Source of the DNA: Candidatus Omnitrophota bacterium
GTDB taxonomy: Bacteria; Omnitrophota; Gorgyraeia; Gygaellales; Profunditerraquicolaceae
Assembly: GCA_041651035.1 (NCBI GenBank)
Contig: JBAZKC010000003.1
Coordinates: 5,153-69,152 of the forward strand
Length of the DNA stretch: 64,000 nucleotides
Direction: 5' to 3'
Within the stretch, counting starts at the first letter, position 1; each line of letters begins with the position of its first letter. A program made the translations under genes and the position numbers. Positions 1-9,039 of the stretch are shown piece after piece. Below the pieces are notes generated by a model. The model was given only the letters and a program-made list of their open reading frames with translations. It searched no databases and was not told where the DNA came from.

Positions 1-113
1 TTTAGTGAAACAGAGAAAGAGAAAGCCATCAGCGATTTGAAAACTTACTGTGGACTTGATACCTATGCCATGTACGCAATCTGGTTTGAGTTGTATAAAC
101 TTTTATCCAGCTA
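1..113 (+). CDS. C-terminal fragment of an upstream gene (…DLKTYCGLDTYAMYAIWFELYKLLSS*), function unknown
   Basis: Open frame 1 from the window edge to TAA at 111-113; no start in window. Confidence 0.3.
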
Positions 114-155
114 ATCATGTTTAGCAATTTTTTCATTTTGGCTTTTACCCTTTTC

Positions 156-164
156 TGGTATAAT
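156..164 (+). promoter_or_regulatory. Extended -10 element TGgTATAAT, candidate promoter of the mod-res operon
   Basis: TGGTATAAT seen ~125 bp upstream of the mod ATG; the -35 is weak. Confidence 0.3.
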
Positions 165-288
165 AGGCGTAAGAAAGGGCATAATCTAACAGAAATAAAT
201 AAAATTTTCTCAGCATTAAATGTTAACGTAATCCCTCCTTATTTACTGCAGATGAGCTTAAAACAATAAGAATTAGCCGTGCGTAAGT

Positions 289-2016
289 ATGATGACAAAA
301 AGTGATATGAAAAACAATAATTCCTATAAAGGATCGCTGAGCTTAGATTGGATTAATAAGGACTACTCGCTATATTATGAAATTGACGAAAAAAAAGGCA
401 GAGGTATTCGTCCGGTTTGGGTACCTAAAAATGATATTCGTGTTGCGGAACCGAGGATTTTAAACCTTACAAAAAGCTATGGTGATCTGTCAAGCGAGAA
501 TATGCTTATCAAGGGTGATAATCTTCTGGTTTTAAGAAGCCTCGTGGAGATGTTCAAGGGGAAAAAAGAGAAAGACAAAGTAAGATGTATCTATATCGAT
601 CCGCCATTCAATACTGGTCAGGCTTTCGAAAAATACGATGACAACCTGAGACATTCCGAATGGCTTGCCATGATGAGGGACAGGCTGGAGTTGTTATATA
701 AGTTGCTGAGGAAGGATGGGTCAATCTTCATTCATATTGATGACGAAGAACTGCATTATTTAAAGACAATCTGCGATGAAATCTTTGGTAGAGATAATTT
801 TGTGTCTACGATTTGCGTTCGCGATTCTCATCCAAGCGGCATGAAGACGGCCCACAAAGACAAAACAATAATCAAAACAAAGTCGTATATATTGGTTTAT
901 AAAATATCCGGAAAAACGAGATTTAATCCGCAATATAGATCTAAAGAAGCTTGGGACTCCCATTACAATTATTTTCTGGACCGCAAGAAGAAAAAACTCC
1001 ACAGGCTTCTTGATATTTTAATCCGGAATGGGTTTCTTAAAAAGAGGCAATCTTTGGAAGATTTGGATCTTAAGGATCCGAAATTCAGAAAATTTTATTT
1101 GGAAAACCGGGAAAATATAATACAGACAACAAAAGAATTGCCGCCGGAAGTCAAAAAAAAGAGCCTGGAGAGAAAAGGTGAGATAATAACATTCACCAAT
1201 AAAAAGGGTCGGCAGCTTTTTGCTTTTAATGGAAGGCGTTTGGCGAGTTTAAGTGAAAGTGTCAATAACGTTGGTTTTGGCAATCAGTTAAAAGAAGCAA
1301 TTTCTTTATTGGTGTGCGATTTTTGGGATGACATAGATTTTAACAATACGCAGAACGAAGGCGGGGTCAGATTCCCCGCATCTAAAAAACCAGAACAACT
1401 GGTTGCCAGAGTAATTTCTTTGGCCTCGGAAGAAAACGATGTGGTTTTAGATTCTTTCGCCGGATCCGGCACGACTCCGGCAGTTGCCCACAAACTGAAC
1501 AGACGGTGGATTTCCATAGAGATAGGCAAACATGCAGAGGATTTATGCATAACGCGATTGAAAAGGGTTATTTCCGGTAAAGACAATTCAGGCATATCCC
1601 AGCTGTGCGGATGGACAGGGGGCGGCGGTTTTCAATATTACAAATTAGGCAGAAGCGTTATTTACGATAACGATATGAACTGGGAGATGAAAGCGGAGGA
1701 AATGGCAGAAGCGGTTTTCCTGCACTTTCAGTATAAGATAGAACGATGTGATTGGTTAAAAGAAGAGAACATGTATTTAGGAAAACACCGGGATACGCCC
1801 TATCAATTTGCCATATGTTTTGCATCGCGGGAAATAAAAATATTTAAAGAAGAACTATACGAAAAGATTACAGATTTTCTTGCCAAAGAAAAGAGATTCA
1901 AACACCTAACCATCTTTACAAATATGCCCGTGGCCGTATCGCCGGAATCTATGGACGATCGCATTTCCATTGAGAAAATACCGGCTAAAATATTGCGTGA
2001 GTACAATCTAATATGA
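289..2016 (+). CDS. mod: Type III restriction-modification Mod subunit (N6-adenine/N4-cytosine DNA methyltransferase)
   Basis: DPPF motif (IYIDPPFNTG, motif IV) and FxGxG AdoMet motif (DSFAGSGTT); mod-then-res order with a 4-bp overlap onto the next gene. Confidence 0.8.
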   Translation: MMTKSDMKNNNSYKGSLSLDWINKDYSLYYEIDEKKGRGIRPVWVPKNDIRVAEPRILNLTKSYGDLSSENMLIKGDNLLVLRSLVEMFKGKKEKDKVRCIYIDPPFNTGQAFEKYDDNLRHSEWLAMMRDRLELLYKLLRKDGSIFIHIDDEELHYLKTICDEIFGRDNFVSTICVRDSHPSGMKTAHKDKTIIKTKSYILVYKISGKTRFNPQYRSKEAWDSHYNYFLDRKKKKLHRLLDILIRNGFLKKRQSLEDLDLKDPKFRKFYLENRENIIQTTKELPPEVKKKSLERKGEIITFTNKKGRQLFAFNGRRLASLSESVNNVGFGNQLKEAISLLVCDFWDDIDFNNTQNEGGVRFPASKKPEQLVARVISLASEENDVVLDSFAGSGTTPAVAHKLNRRWISIEIGKHAEDLCITRLKRVISGKDNSGISQLCGWTGGGGFQYYKLGRSVIYDNDMNWEMKAEEMAEAVFLHFQYKIERCDWLKEENMYLGKHRDTPYQFAICFASREIKIFKEELYEKITDFLAKEKRFKHLTIFTNMPVAVSPESMDDRISIEKIPAKILREYNLI

Positions 2017-4778
2017 AAAAGAACGATAAAAATACTTTTTATGATCTAGTGACGCATGATCCGCAGTACCAAATAGCGGTCGGATCGCATTCTCTTGAAA
2101 ATATCGAAAATTTCAAGGATATTCAGAGGTTATTAAAATATCCGCTGCGTCCATATCAGCTTGAAGCCCTTAGCGCATTTCAACTATTCTGGAAAGACGG
2201 TTTTGATAGCCGTAGTATTAAGCAGAAGGCAATAGAGACTATAACCGGGCACGGTGGTAACGTTTTAAATTGGCCAAAAATCGGGTTTGAAATGGCTACT
2301 GGTTCGGGTAAAACCCTGCTGATGGGGGCGATTATTTTATATCTTTGGCACAAAAATTATAAAGATTTTCTGATTTTAACCCCAAATACGATTCTATTTG
2401 ATAAAACTGTAGAAAATTTCACGCCAAGGGCGGTTAAGAGTATTTTTGGCGACGGGTGGAATTTAAAATACAATTTGATAACCGGAAATAGTTATCGGGA
2501 TAAAACGTGTCATTACAGAATTGATCGTGATATATCATTTTATGTTTTTAACATGCAAAAATTTTATGAAAAAGCTTCAAAAGGTAAAGACGATGAAGGC
2601 GAAGATACAATGAAGGGCATGCCTTATGTAAGGAGACCCTTGGAAGAGTCGCTTTGGAAAGATGAATCCGGGAAGCATACAATTTCATTCATGGAGTTTT
2701 TGAAACAAAGGAGGCCGGTGATTATTTCAGACGAAGCCCATCATTATCAACAGAAGACAACGAGAGAGGCCATTTTTGAGATGTTGCCTAGTGTAGTAGT
2801 GGAATTTACCGGGACTTCCGTTGAGAAGAATGCTTTAAGGGGTTTGGGTCAAGACAATCTGTATAAGTATTCGATGCAGCGATACATTGGCGAAGGATAC
2901 GGGAAAAGAATTTTTGCATTAGGTTGTGGTACCCCAGAGGTAAAAATTACTGACGCGGTAACGGAGAGCGATAAGCAGAAACTAATCTGGGGAATGATCG
3001 TTCATCTTCTTAAAAGAGAAGCCTTGAAAACCGTAGACGCCCCCCTCAAAAAAGCCATGATGCTGGTAAAGGCCAGATCGATACAGCATGCTGAAAACGT
3101 TGATAATTATTTGCGTAATTGGCCGGAAACCATATCAAAAGAGCTGGATGATGTTTTAGAGCAGGTTAATCGTGAGCAAACTGATATTGTAAGAATGCTT
3201 CGCAAGTATTTGCCCCACCAGAAGAAAGACCGTCAAAGATTGGTCAAGGATTTAACCGGGGTTGCCAAGTCGGTATTTACGATACACAGCGAAAACAAAA
3301 GCGAAGAAGAAGTATGGACTGATTACAAAACTCTGGATGAAAATAAGGCCGAGGTAGTCAATCAGGTCAGGGTCTTCACCGAAGGCGTTGATTACGACCA
3401 TTTCTATACCATTGTGGTTCTTGGGGATACTGTGGAAAATGCTGGACTTGCAGCTGCCCAACTTATCGGCAGAGGGCTCAGACTCTTTAAGGAAAAACGC
3501 GAATATGACATTTTGGATTGTGACATAAAGGAACAAAGCGAAATATTGCACGTGATATGCGAAAAAGGCAAGCGTTTTGACAAAATAGTTGAAGATATCC
3601 GGCAAAAACTCGATTTGGCCAAAGGGATCATTGAGATACCGGTTGAAGAAGAGGAGAAAACCAATAGCATAAAGGTAAAATTAATTGATGATTATAAACT
3701 TCCGGTTCTGAATATTAGGTCTGTTGCAACCGGTGTAACCTTTAAAGATGCGTTAAAAGACAAAAAATTAAGTATAGATCAATTTATTAAAGAAACGTGT
3801 GTAATCATTCGCGGAGCAAAAGTTTTGAAACCGGAAGTATTGGCGTCAATTGAAGAGGTTGAAGTAACAAGCGATAAAGTTGAATTGCATCAAGAAAAGC
3901 CTAAAACCACCAGACGTACGCTGACACTGGATGAAAAAGACATGGGAAGATGGGCCTGGAGGTTTATTGAAGAAACGGCACCTTTCATTGGAAATATCGA
4001 ATTTGAATCAATTCTAAATCGTATTAAAGAAATATTTAAAGCCGGCATAGAAGTTGATGCTGCCTATTCCCAAGACTATCGGAAGGCGCTAAGAGCCTTA
4101 GAGAAAAGTATAAAATCTTTTCACAGAGATCGTTCATACGAATTAATGTTTAAAAAGGAACTTAAGATTAGACAGACAAACGTAAAAGAACTATTTAAGG
4201 ATAGTGCGGTGACGATAAGAAAAAGAGAAGGATGGACGAACCTGATTCCTTCTTACCAGCCCATGTCATCACATCTGCAGCAGAAAGGTGTCGTAGTTGA
4301 AGGTTATAAATATTCAATACGGCCATATGTCAAGTTTGATTCTCCGCCAGAGAAATGGGTTGCTGATAAACTCGAATATTTATGCACCCTGGACAAAACC
4401 GGGAAAAGTTTTTGGATTAGAAACGAGCCGAAAACAGAATATCCCATAGAGGCCCGTCCGGCCCCATTTTATCCCGATTTCCTTGCGTATATAAAAGGTA
4501 AATGGGCAGTGATAGACGTTAAAGGTAAACATCTGGCCGAAACAAAACAAATCGATGAGCGGAAAAAGGTTCTTAAACTTCTGGAGAAAGAAGGTAAAAT
4601 TATAACCTATTTTCTCGTGGATAAGGTTATGGAGAAAAAAGGCTTTGAGGATCAGAAAATTCAAAGTTTGGACGATTTCTCCGGTTTTGATGAGTTACGT
4701 CATGCTGAGTTAGGAGATGAAGAATTTATAAACGGAGCATTGTCAGATCTATTTAAAAAGCGAAGCAAAAGAACTTAG
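2013..4778 (+). CDS. res: Type III restriction enzyme Res subunit (SF2 helicase motifs plus C-terminal PD-(D/E)xK-like nuclease)
   Basis: Walker A MATGSGKT, DEAH box (ISDEAHHY), C-terminal PDF…IDVKGK; start overlaps the mod stop. Confidence 0.8.
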   Translation: MKKNDKNTFYDLVTHDPQYQIAVGSHSLENIENFKDIQRLLKYPLRPYQLEALSAFQLFWKDGFDSRSIKQKAIETITGHGGNVLNWPKIGFEMATGSGKTLLMGAIILYLWHKNYKDFLILTPNTILFDKTVENFTPRAVKSIFGDGWNLKYNLITGNSYRDKTCHYRIDRDISFYVFNMQKFYEKASKGKDDEGEDTMKGMPYVRRPLEESLWKDESGKHTISFMEFLKQRRPVIISDEAHHYQQKTTREAIFEMLPSVVVEFTGTSVEKNALRGLGQDNLYKYSMQRYIGEGYGKRIFALGCGTPEVKITDAVTESDKQKLIWGMIVHLLKREALKTVDAPLKKAMMLVKARSIQHAENVDNYLRNWPETISKELDDVLEQVNREQTDIVRMLRKYLPHQKKDRQRLVKDLTGVAKSVFTIHSENKSEEEVWTDYKTLDENKAEVVNQVRVFTEGVDYDHFYTIVVLGDTVENAGLAAAQLIGRGLRLFKEKREYDILDCDIKEQSEILHVICEKGKRFDKIVEDIRQKLDLAKGIIEIPVEEEEKTNSIKVKLIDDYKLPVLNIRSVATGVTFKDALKDKKLSIDQFIKETCVIIRGAKVLKPEVLASIEEVEVTSDKVELHQEKPKTTRRTLTLDEKDMGRWAWRFIEETAPFIGNIEFESILNRIKEIFKAGIEVDAAYSQDYRKALRALEKSIKSFHRDRSYELMFKKELKIRQTNVKELFKDSAVTIRKREGWTNLIPSYQPMSSHLQQKGVVVEGYKYSIRPYVKFDSPPEKWVADKLEYLCTLDKTGKSFWIRNEPKTEYPIEARPAPFYPDFLAYIKGKWAVIDVKGKHLAETKQIDERKKVLKLLEKEGKIITYFLVDKVMEKKGFEDQKIQSLDDFSGFDELRHAELGDEEFINGALSDLFKKRSKRT

Positions 4779-4890
4779 AAGAAGAACCTAAAATTGCATT
4801 ATTTTATCTTGACAATTACCATATATTGTAGTAAAAGAATACGGGGTTAGGCTAGATACACGTGGGAAAGCCTGACGAGTAAGTAGCAAT

Positions 4891-5126
4891 TATACAGTTT
4901 AAAGCTAGTTTTAGAACGGTTGATCAAAGGGCAGATCGAACCTTTTGGGCAACCGTTTTTTGTTTTTATCAGACTTACGCCAGGAAGGAGGAAAGAGATA
5001 AAATGGTGGCACAATAAGTAACGGTTATACGGTTTAAAAGCTAGTTTTAGAACGGTTGATCAAAGGGCAGATCGAACCTTTTGGGCAACCGTTTTTTGTT
5101 TTTGGGAGGCTTACGCCAGGAAGGAG
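4891..5126 (+). repeat. Tandem duplication (~135-bp period, two ~100-bp copies) of a structured element: 8-bp stem AACGGTTG…CAACCGTT followed by TTTTTTGTTTTT and an AGGAAGGAG SD-like tail
   Basis: Copy 1 at 4891-4990 and copy 2 at 5026-5126 are near-identical (one indel); each carries a hairpin+T-run and is followed by a tiny ORF (MVAQ*, MPGKLNIPGPGKII*). Confidence 0.7.
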
Positions 5127-5203
5127 AAAAGGTAATGCCCGGGAAACTTAATATCCCCGGCCCAGGTAAAATAATTTAAAAACACAGCACATAAGGAGGA
5201 AGC

Positions 5204-5524
5204 ATGAAAGATGAATTTTTGGAAAGCCTAAACTATGAGTGGAATTTTTTGGGAGGAGGTAATCTTGCAAGTGCATGGAAAGTTAAAATTAGCGAAAAAA
5301 GACGATTAATTTTTAGAGTCGAATTGGTAAGGTCAAAAACAGTCTGGGTTCTGGGGTTTTGGGTTTTTAATGCCGGGGTCGTCAAGTCTAGCGTGTATGA
5401 TCGGCTAATCAGCGACCTTAGGGTAATTATTAAAGACCAGCATACTTTCCTCCGGCCCTATAAGAAAGTTAACTTGGATATATGTTCTAGCGTAACCCAT
5501 AAAAATATTAAATTCTTATTGTAA
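5204..5524 (+). CDS. Hypothetical protein (106 aa)
   Basis: ORF with strong RBS AAGGAGGAAG 6 nt upstream of the ATG; no recognisable motif. Confidence 0.4.
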   Translation: MKDEFLESLNYEWNFLGGGNLASAWKVKISEKRRLIFRVELVRSKTVWVLGFWVFNAGVVKSSVYDRLISDLRVIIKDQHTFLRPYKKVNLDICSSVTHKNIKFLL

Positions 5525-5554
5525 CTTATCAACTTAAAAAGAAAGGAAAACCAA

Positions 5555-6823
5555 ATGGAGATTAGAAAATTAAGCATAAATCAAATTAACCCCGTGGCAT
5601 ATAATCCGCGTAAGGATCTTAAGCCAGGGGACCCGGAATATGAAAAACTCAAAGTAAGCCTTTCAGAATTTGGCTACGTAGACCCCTTAATCTGGAACGA
5701 GGCCACAGGTAATCTTGTTGGTGGCCATCAGAGATTTAAGATACTTAAAGAGCAGGGCATTCAGGAAGTAGAAGTAAGCGTAGTCAATCTGCCTTTAGAG
5801 CGGGAAAAGGCCCTAAATTTAGCCTTAAATAAGATCCAGGGTGCCTGGGATAACGATAAGCTCGCGATCCTGCTGGATGAATTAGTAAAAATCCCTGATT
5901 TTGAGATTAGCTTATCGGGGTTCGATATCCCGGAAATATCCAAAATATTCGATAATTACCTAGAGCCAGCAGTAGGCGATTCAGTCGAAGATCCGCAAGC
6001 CATTATCGAGCCTGTAACCAAGCAGGGCGATTTAATCCTGCTTGGCCCGCACAGGATTCTCTGCGGCGATTCTTCAATCCCAGATGATGTGGCTAAGCTT
6101 ATAACGGATAATAAGGTAAGCCAAATTTTTAGCGACCCTCCCTACTGCGTTAATTATTCCGCTGAAAACCGGCCTGTCTCTATAGATATAAAAGTAAAGC
6201 CGAATGAGCGCTGGAGGAAGATTCTTAATGACAACCTTCCTCAAAAGGATTACGAGAAGTGGCTTAAACAGGTTTTCCAAAACATTAATCCTTATCTGGC
6301 GAAAGGGGCTGCATTCTATATCTTTAACGGACATAGACAGTTTGGGCCTATGCATCAGATGTTGCTTGAGCTAGGAATGCATGTCGCCTGCACAATCACT
6401 TGGGCAAAGGAGAGTTTTTCCCCGGGTTACGGTGACTACAACCAGCAAACCGAGTTTTGTCTATACGGCTGGAAAGAAGATAATGGCGCGCACAACTGGT
6501 ACGGTTCTGAGAATGAATCAACCTTATGGCAGATACACAGGGAACAATCCTGCGATCTGGAGCACCCGACTCAAAAACCACTTCTTCTGGCAGAGCGAGC
6601 GATAAAGAATAGCTCCAAAAGGGGCGATATCGTACTAGATATGTTCTTAGGCTCAGGAACAACGCTAATCGCTGCAGAAAGATTATCTAGGGTCTGTTAC
6701 GGCATGGAGCTAGATCCACGATACTGCGATGTAATGGTCAGGCGCTACATAAGTTTTGCCGGCGCGGATGGGGTGAGCGAAGAAATCAGAAATAAGTACT
6801 TGAGGACGCCGACAAATGCCTAA
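5555..6823 (+). CDS. ParB-like nuclease domain fused to an N6A/N4C DNA methyltransferase (orphan MTase, phage-type architecture)
   Basis: N-terminal ParB/Srx-like motif (GGHQRFKIL); C-terminal DPPY (IFSDPPYCVNY) and FxGxG (DMFLGSGTT) motifs. Confidence 0.75.
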   Translation: MEIRKLSINQINPVAYNPRKDLKPGDPEYEKLKVSLSEFGYVDPLIWNEATGNLVGGHQRFKILKEQGIQEVEVSVVNLPLEREKALNLALNKIQGAWDNDKLAILLDELVKIPDFEISLSGFDIPEISKIFDNYLEPAVGDSVEDPQAIIEPVTKQGDLILLGPHRILCGDSSIPDDVAKLITDNKVSQIFSDPPYCVNYSAENRPVSIDIKVKPNERWRKILNDNLPQKDYEKWLKQVFQNINPYLAKGAAFYIFNGHRQFGPMHQMLLELGMHVACTITWAKESFSPGYGDYNQQTEFCLYGWKEDNGAHNWYGSENESTLWQIHREQSCDLEHPTQKPLLLAERAIKNSSKRGDIVLDMFLGSGTTLIAAERLSRVCYGMELDPRYCDVMVRRYISFAGADGVSEEIRNKYLRTPTNA

Positions 6824-7472
6824 AGAATATGCAAAAAAACTGAATGATTCCCCGGTCTATGAAACACTGCAGAAGATAAAGGATGGTTTGCTGGATTCGA
6901 AGCTGTTGCCCAAGTCAATAAGGCAGCTCTGCGTTGAAGTCCTGATTTTTGAGGGATATCAGCCATTCGCGATAGCAAGTCTTTTGAAGAGAAGTGATCG
7001 GACTATCCGCAGGGATGTGGAAGCCATGCGCAGCAAAAACGCCCTTAGTTCTAGCCCGCAACTTACTCAGATGTTTATAGGAGAGTTTATTATGAATGCT
7101 AGAAGTCATAATTCGCGCCTTAAACAGATGGCCCGTGAGGCAGGTGCGTCTTCACGCGAAAAAATACAAGCAGAGTTTTTGGCTTGGAGAGTCTATGCTG
7201 AGCTAATTGATAAGCTTCGTGCGGTTGGTTTCCTTCTTCCGGAGCATTGTCAGGCATATACCGGCAACTCCAGCGAGGCAGAAAAAAACCTGATAGAAAT
7301 GTCCGAGAAGAATAAGGAAATCGAAAGGCAATATTCGTTATTGGGCCCCATGGATAAAGATAGGCTTATAGAAAAACTGCGTAAGGATATAGTGAATCTT
7401 GATAAAGAGATAGCCAAAGAGGAGGATAAAGGTAAAGAAGGCTCGGCGTCAGATAATAAGCCTACACAATAA
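6816..7472 (+). CDS. Hypothetical protein: possible HTH N-terminus with coiled-coil/acidic C-terminus (small-terminase-like or regulator, uncertain)
   Basis: ORF overlapping the MTase stop by 8 bp; K/E-rich C-terminus; no diagnostic motif. Confidence 0.35.
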   Translation: MPKEYAKKLNDSPVYETLQKIKDGLLDSKLLPKSIRQLCVEVLIFEGYQPFAIASLLKRSDRTIRRDVEAMRSKNALSSSPQLTQMFIGEFIMNARSHNSRLKQMAREAGASSREKIQAEFLAWRVYAELIDKLRAVGFLLPEHCQAYTGNSSEAEKNLIEMSEKNKEIERQYSLLGPMDKDRLIEKLRKDIVNLDKEIAKEEDKGKEGSASDNKPTQ

Positions 7473-7496
7473 ATTCAGATTTCCAACTCAAATATA

Positions 7497-7540
7497 AAAC
7501 CCCGACCTGTTTTGATATCGCAGTCGGGGTTTCTGTTTTC
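7497..7540 (+). terminator. Rho-independent terminator after the MTase/HTH operon
   Basis: CCCCGAC…GTCGGGG stem (7500-7506 / 7523-7529) followed by TTTCTGTTTTC. Confidence 0.6.
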
Positions 7541-7607
7541 TCTATCCGTAAATAATTAAATTGGTTATAATTGGTTTATATCGGGATATGGACAGCTACG
7601 GCCCATG

Positions 7608-7823
7608 CTACAAATCCAATAGCTTTGAAGGGCTGACTTTAAGCGCTTTGGCAATCCTTACTATGGTAGTTAATCGCACATCTGGAGGGTTTTTACCTTC
7701 AATTCTTTGAAGGTATTTATAGCTGGTCGCAATAAGTTCAGCAAGCTGTTCTTGTGTAATGTCTCGCTTCCGGCGTAGTTCCTTAACTTTCCTACCCAAT
7801 TTTATCCCTGTAGTATTATTCAT
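7608..7823 (-). CDS. XRE-family (Cro/CI-type) helix-turn-helix transcriptional regulator
   Basis: 71 aa; LGRKVKELRRKRDITQEQLAELIATSYKYLQRIE is a canonical XRE HTH. Confidence 0.8.
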   Translation of the reverse strand: MNNTTGIKLGRKVKELRRKRDITQEQLAELIATSYKYLQRIEGKNPPDVRLTTIVRIAKALKVSPSKLLDL

Positions 7824-7853
7824 AACACCTATTATTGCATGATGTTATAGCTC

Positions 7854-7883
7854 TTGACACCCCCGCATATGATGGTGTATACT
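7854..7883 (+). promoter_or_regulatory. Sigma70-like promoter TTGACA-18-TATACT, divergent from the XRE regulator, pointing toward the 8098 operon
   Basis: TTGACA at 7854-7859 and TATACT at 7878-7883; an 11-bp direct repeat CATATGATGGT (7866-7876 and 7916-7926) overlaps and follows it, a candidate operator. Confidence 0.45.
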
Positions 7884-7997
7884 CCTAACTGCTACAAAAA
7901 TTATTTACAGGATACACATATGATGGTAGATTTAGCCATGTTTTAGAAAAATTTGTAAATTAGGGGAAAAGCGATGTTTTTGAAGCGCTATAAAATT

Positions 7998-8032
7998 AGA
8001 GCAGTCCTTAAAGGGACTGCTCTTTTGTGTTG
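7998..8032 (+). terminator. Perfect 10-bp hairpin AGAGCAGTCC-ttaaag-GGACTGCTCT plus TTTGTGTTG, an intrinsic-terminator-like element between the promoter and the first gene
   Basis: Direct inspection; lies ~110 nt downstream of the predicted TSS and 65 nt upstream of the 8098 ATG. Confidence 0.5.
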
Positions 8033-8097
8033 TATAGATAAAAATATATTTTAAGACGACACGATGTTCCTTGGGTAAAAAAGAGGGAGGTTCTTAA

Positions 8098-8724
8098 ATG
8101 AAAAATATATTAATAGCATTGGTCATCCTTTTGACAATTTCAGTTACTGGATGGTGCGAGACTGAATATTACAAGGGTCTTGAGGTTAATGTACCGCCAC
8201 GAGATTCTACTATATATACTTGGAAGGATTGTGCAGGTTATTCTCAGGGGCTGAATAAGGTTGTTAAGTGCAACGCAATATTTGGTGGAACCTCGTATCT
8301 ATATCGAGGGAATAAATTAACATCTGATCAGCTTGATAAGATGGTGAAAGCTGAAAATGAAAAAAGATTGATTGAAGATAAACAGTATGATCGCACTCAG
8401 AATGGGCAAGTTATATTTAGTATATTTATTGGAATAGGGATAGTAATTGTATTGTGGTGGGCATTAAAATCGGGTACATTAGGTCGGTTTACTTCCGGTC
8501 AATCTTCAACAACGAGCAGGTCTAATGATTTAACCAGCATGGGTCCTGGGAGTATTGCTTATGAACATCGGGTAAATCATCCTAAACTTAGATGTAAAGA
8601 TTGTAAAACAGTAGGTTGCAAACCATATGTTACAGGCGAGTCAGATTGCCCGTTTGTTCGGTTTAGTCAACACGGGAATCAATGTTTAGCTTGTGGCTCA
8701 TACAATACTGAGAGTTTTAATTAA
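8098..8724 (+). CDS. Membrane/secreted protein with a C-terminal Cys-rich zinc-ribbon-like region
   Basis: N-terminal hydrophobic signal/TM (ILIALVILLTISV), mid TM (IFSIFIGIGIVIVLWWAL), CKDCKTVGC…CLACGSY; RBS GAGGGAGG. Confidence 0.5.
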   Translation: MKNILIALVILLTISVTGWCETEYYKGLEVNVPPRDSTIYTWKDCAGYSQGLNKVVKCNAIFGGTSYLYRGNKLTSDQLDKMVKAENEKRLIEDKQYDRTQNGQVIFSIFIGIGIVIVLWWALKSGTLGRFTSGQSSTTSRSNDLTSMGPGSIAYEHRVNHPKLRCKDCKTVGCKPYVTGESDCPFVRFSQHGNQCLACGSYNTESFN

Positions 8725-8748
8725 AGAGATAAAAGGAGGTACGCAATA

Positions 8749-9039
8749 ATGAAACGCCAAGGAGATCTGTTGATAGTTAAGGTAAATAGTATCCCTGATG
8801 ATGCTGTCAGGCAGAAGAGCAGGATATTGGCAGAAGGCGAAACAACCGGACATGTGCATGAGCTTGAGAAAGGCGAGGTATATGAGAAAGAAGGAATATT
8901 GTATTTTAAGGTTTCAGATGGTGAGGTCTCAACGCTTAATCATCCGGAACATAAGGCAATTGAGTTTGAGCCAGGGGAATACAAGGTAATCAGGCAAAGA
9001 GAATATGAACCAAGAGGCTGGAGATATGTTAGAGATTGA
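8749..9039 (+). CDS. Hypothetical small protein (96 aa)
   Basis: ORF with RBS AAAGGAGG; no recognised motif. Confidence 0.4.
   Translation: MKRQGDLLIVKVNSIPDDAVRQKSRILAEGETTGHVHELEKGEVYEKEGILYFKVSDGEVSTLNHPEHKAIEFEPGEYKVIRQREYEPRGWRYVRD

Noticed and set aside
760-4664. Antisense ORFs inside mod/res (760-1002, 1095-1595, 1803-2006, 3252-3670, 4380-4664 on the minus strand)
   Set aside because: They are fully embedded in long, motif-supported sense genes and are likely spurious.
4868-4882. CUGACGAG (hammerhead CUGANGA-like core) just upstream of the tandem repeat
   Set aside because: No correctly placed GAAA or three-stem arrangement, and no UH cleavage-site context. It is most likely chance.
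8798-8989. 63-aa alternative-frame ORF inside the 8749-9039 gene
   Set aside because: It is overlapped by a longer ORF with an RBS, and there is no independent support.
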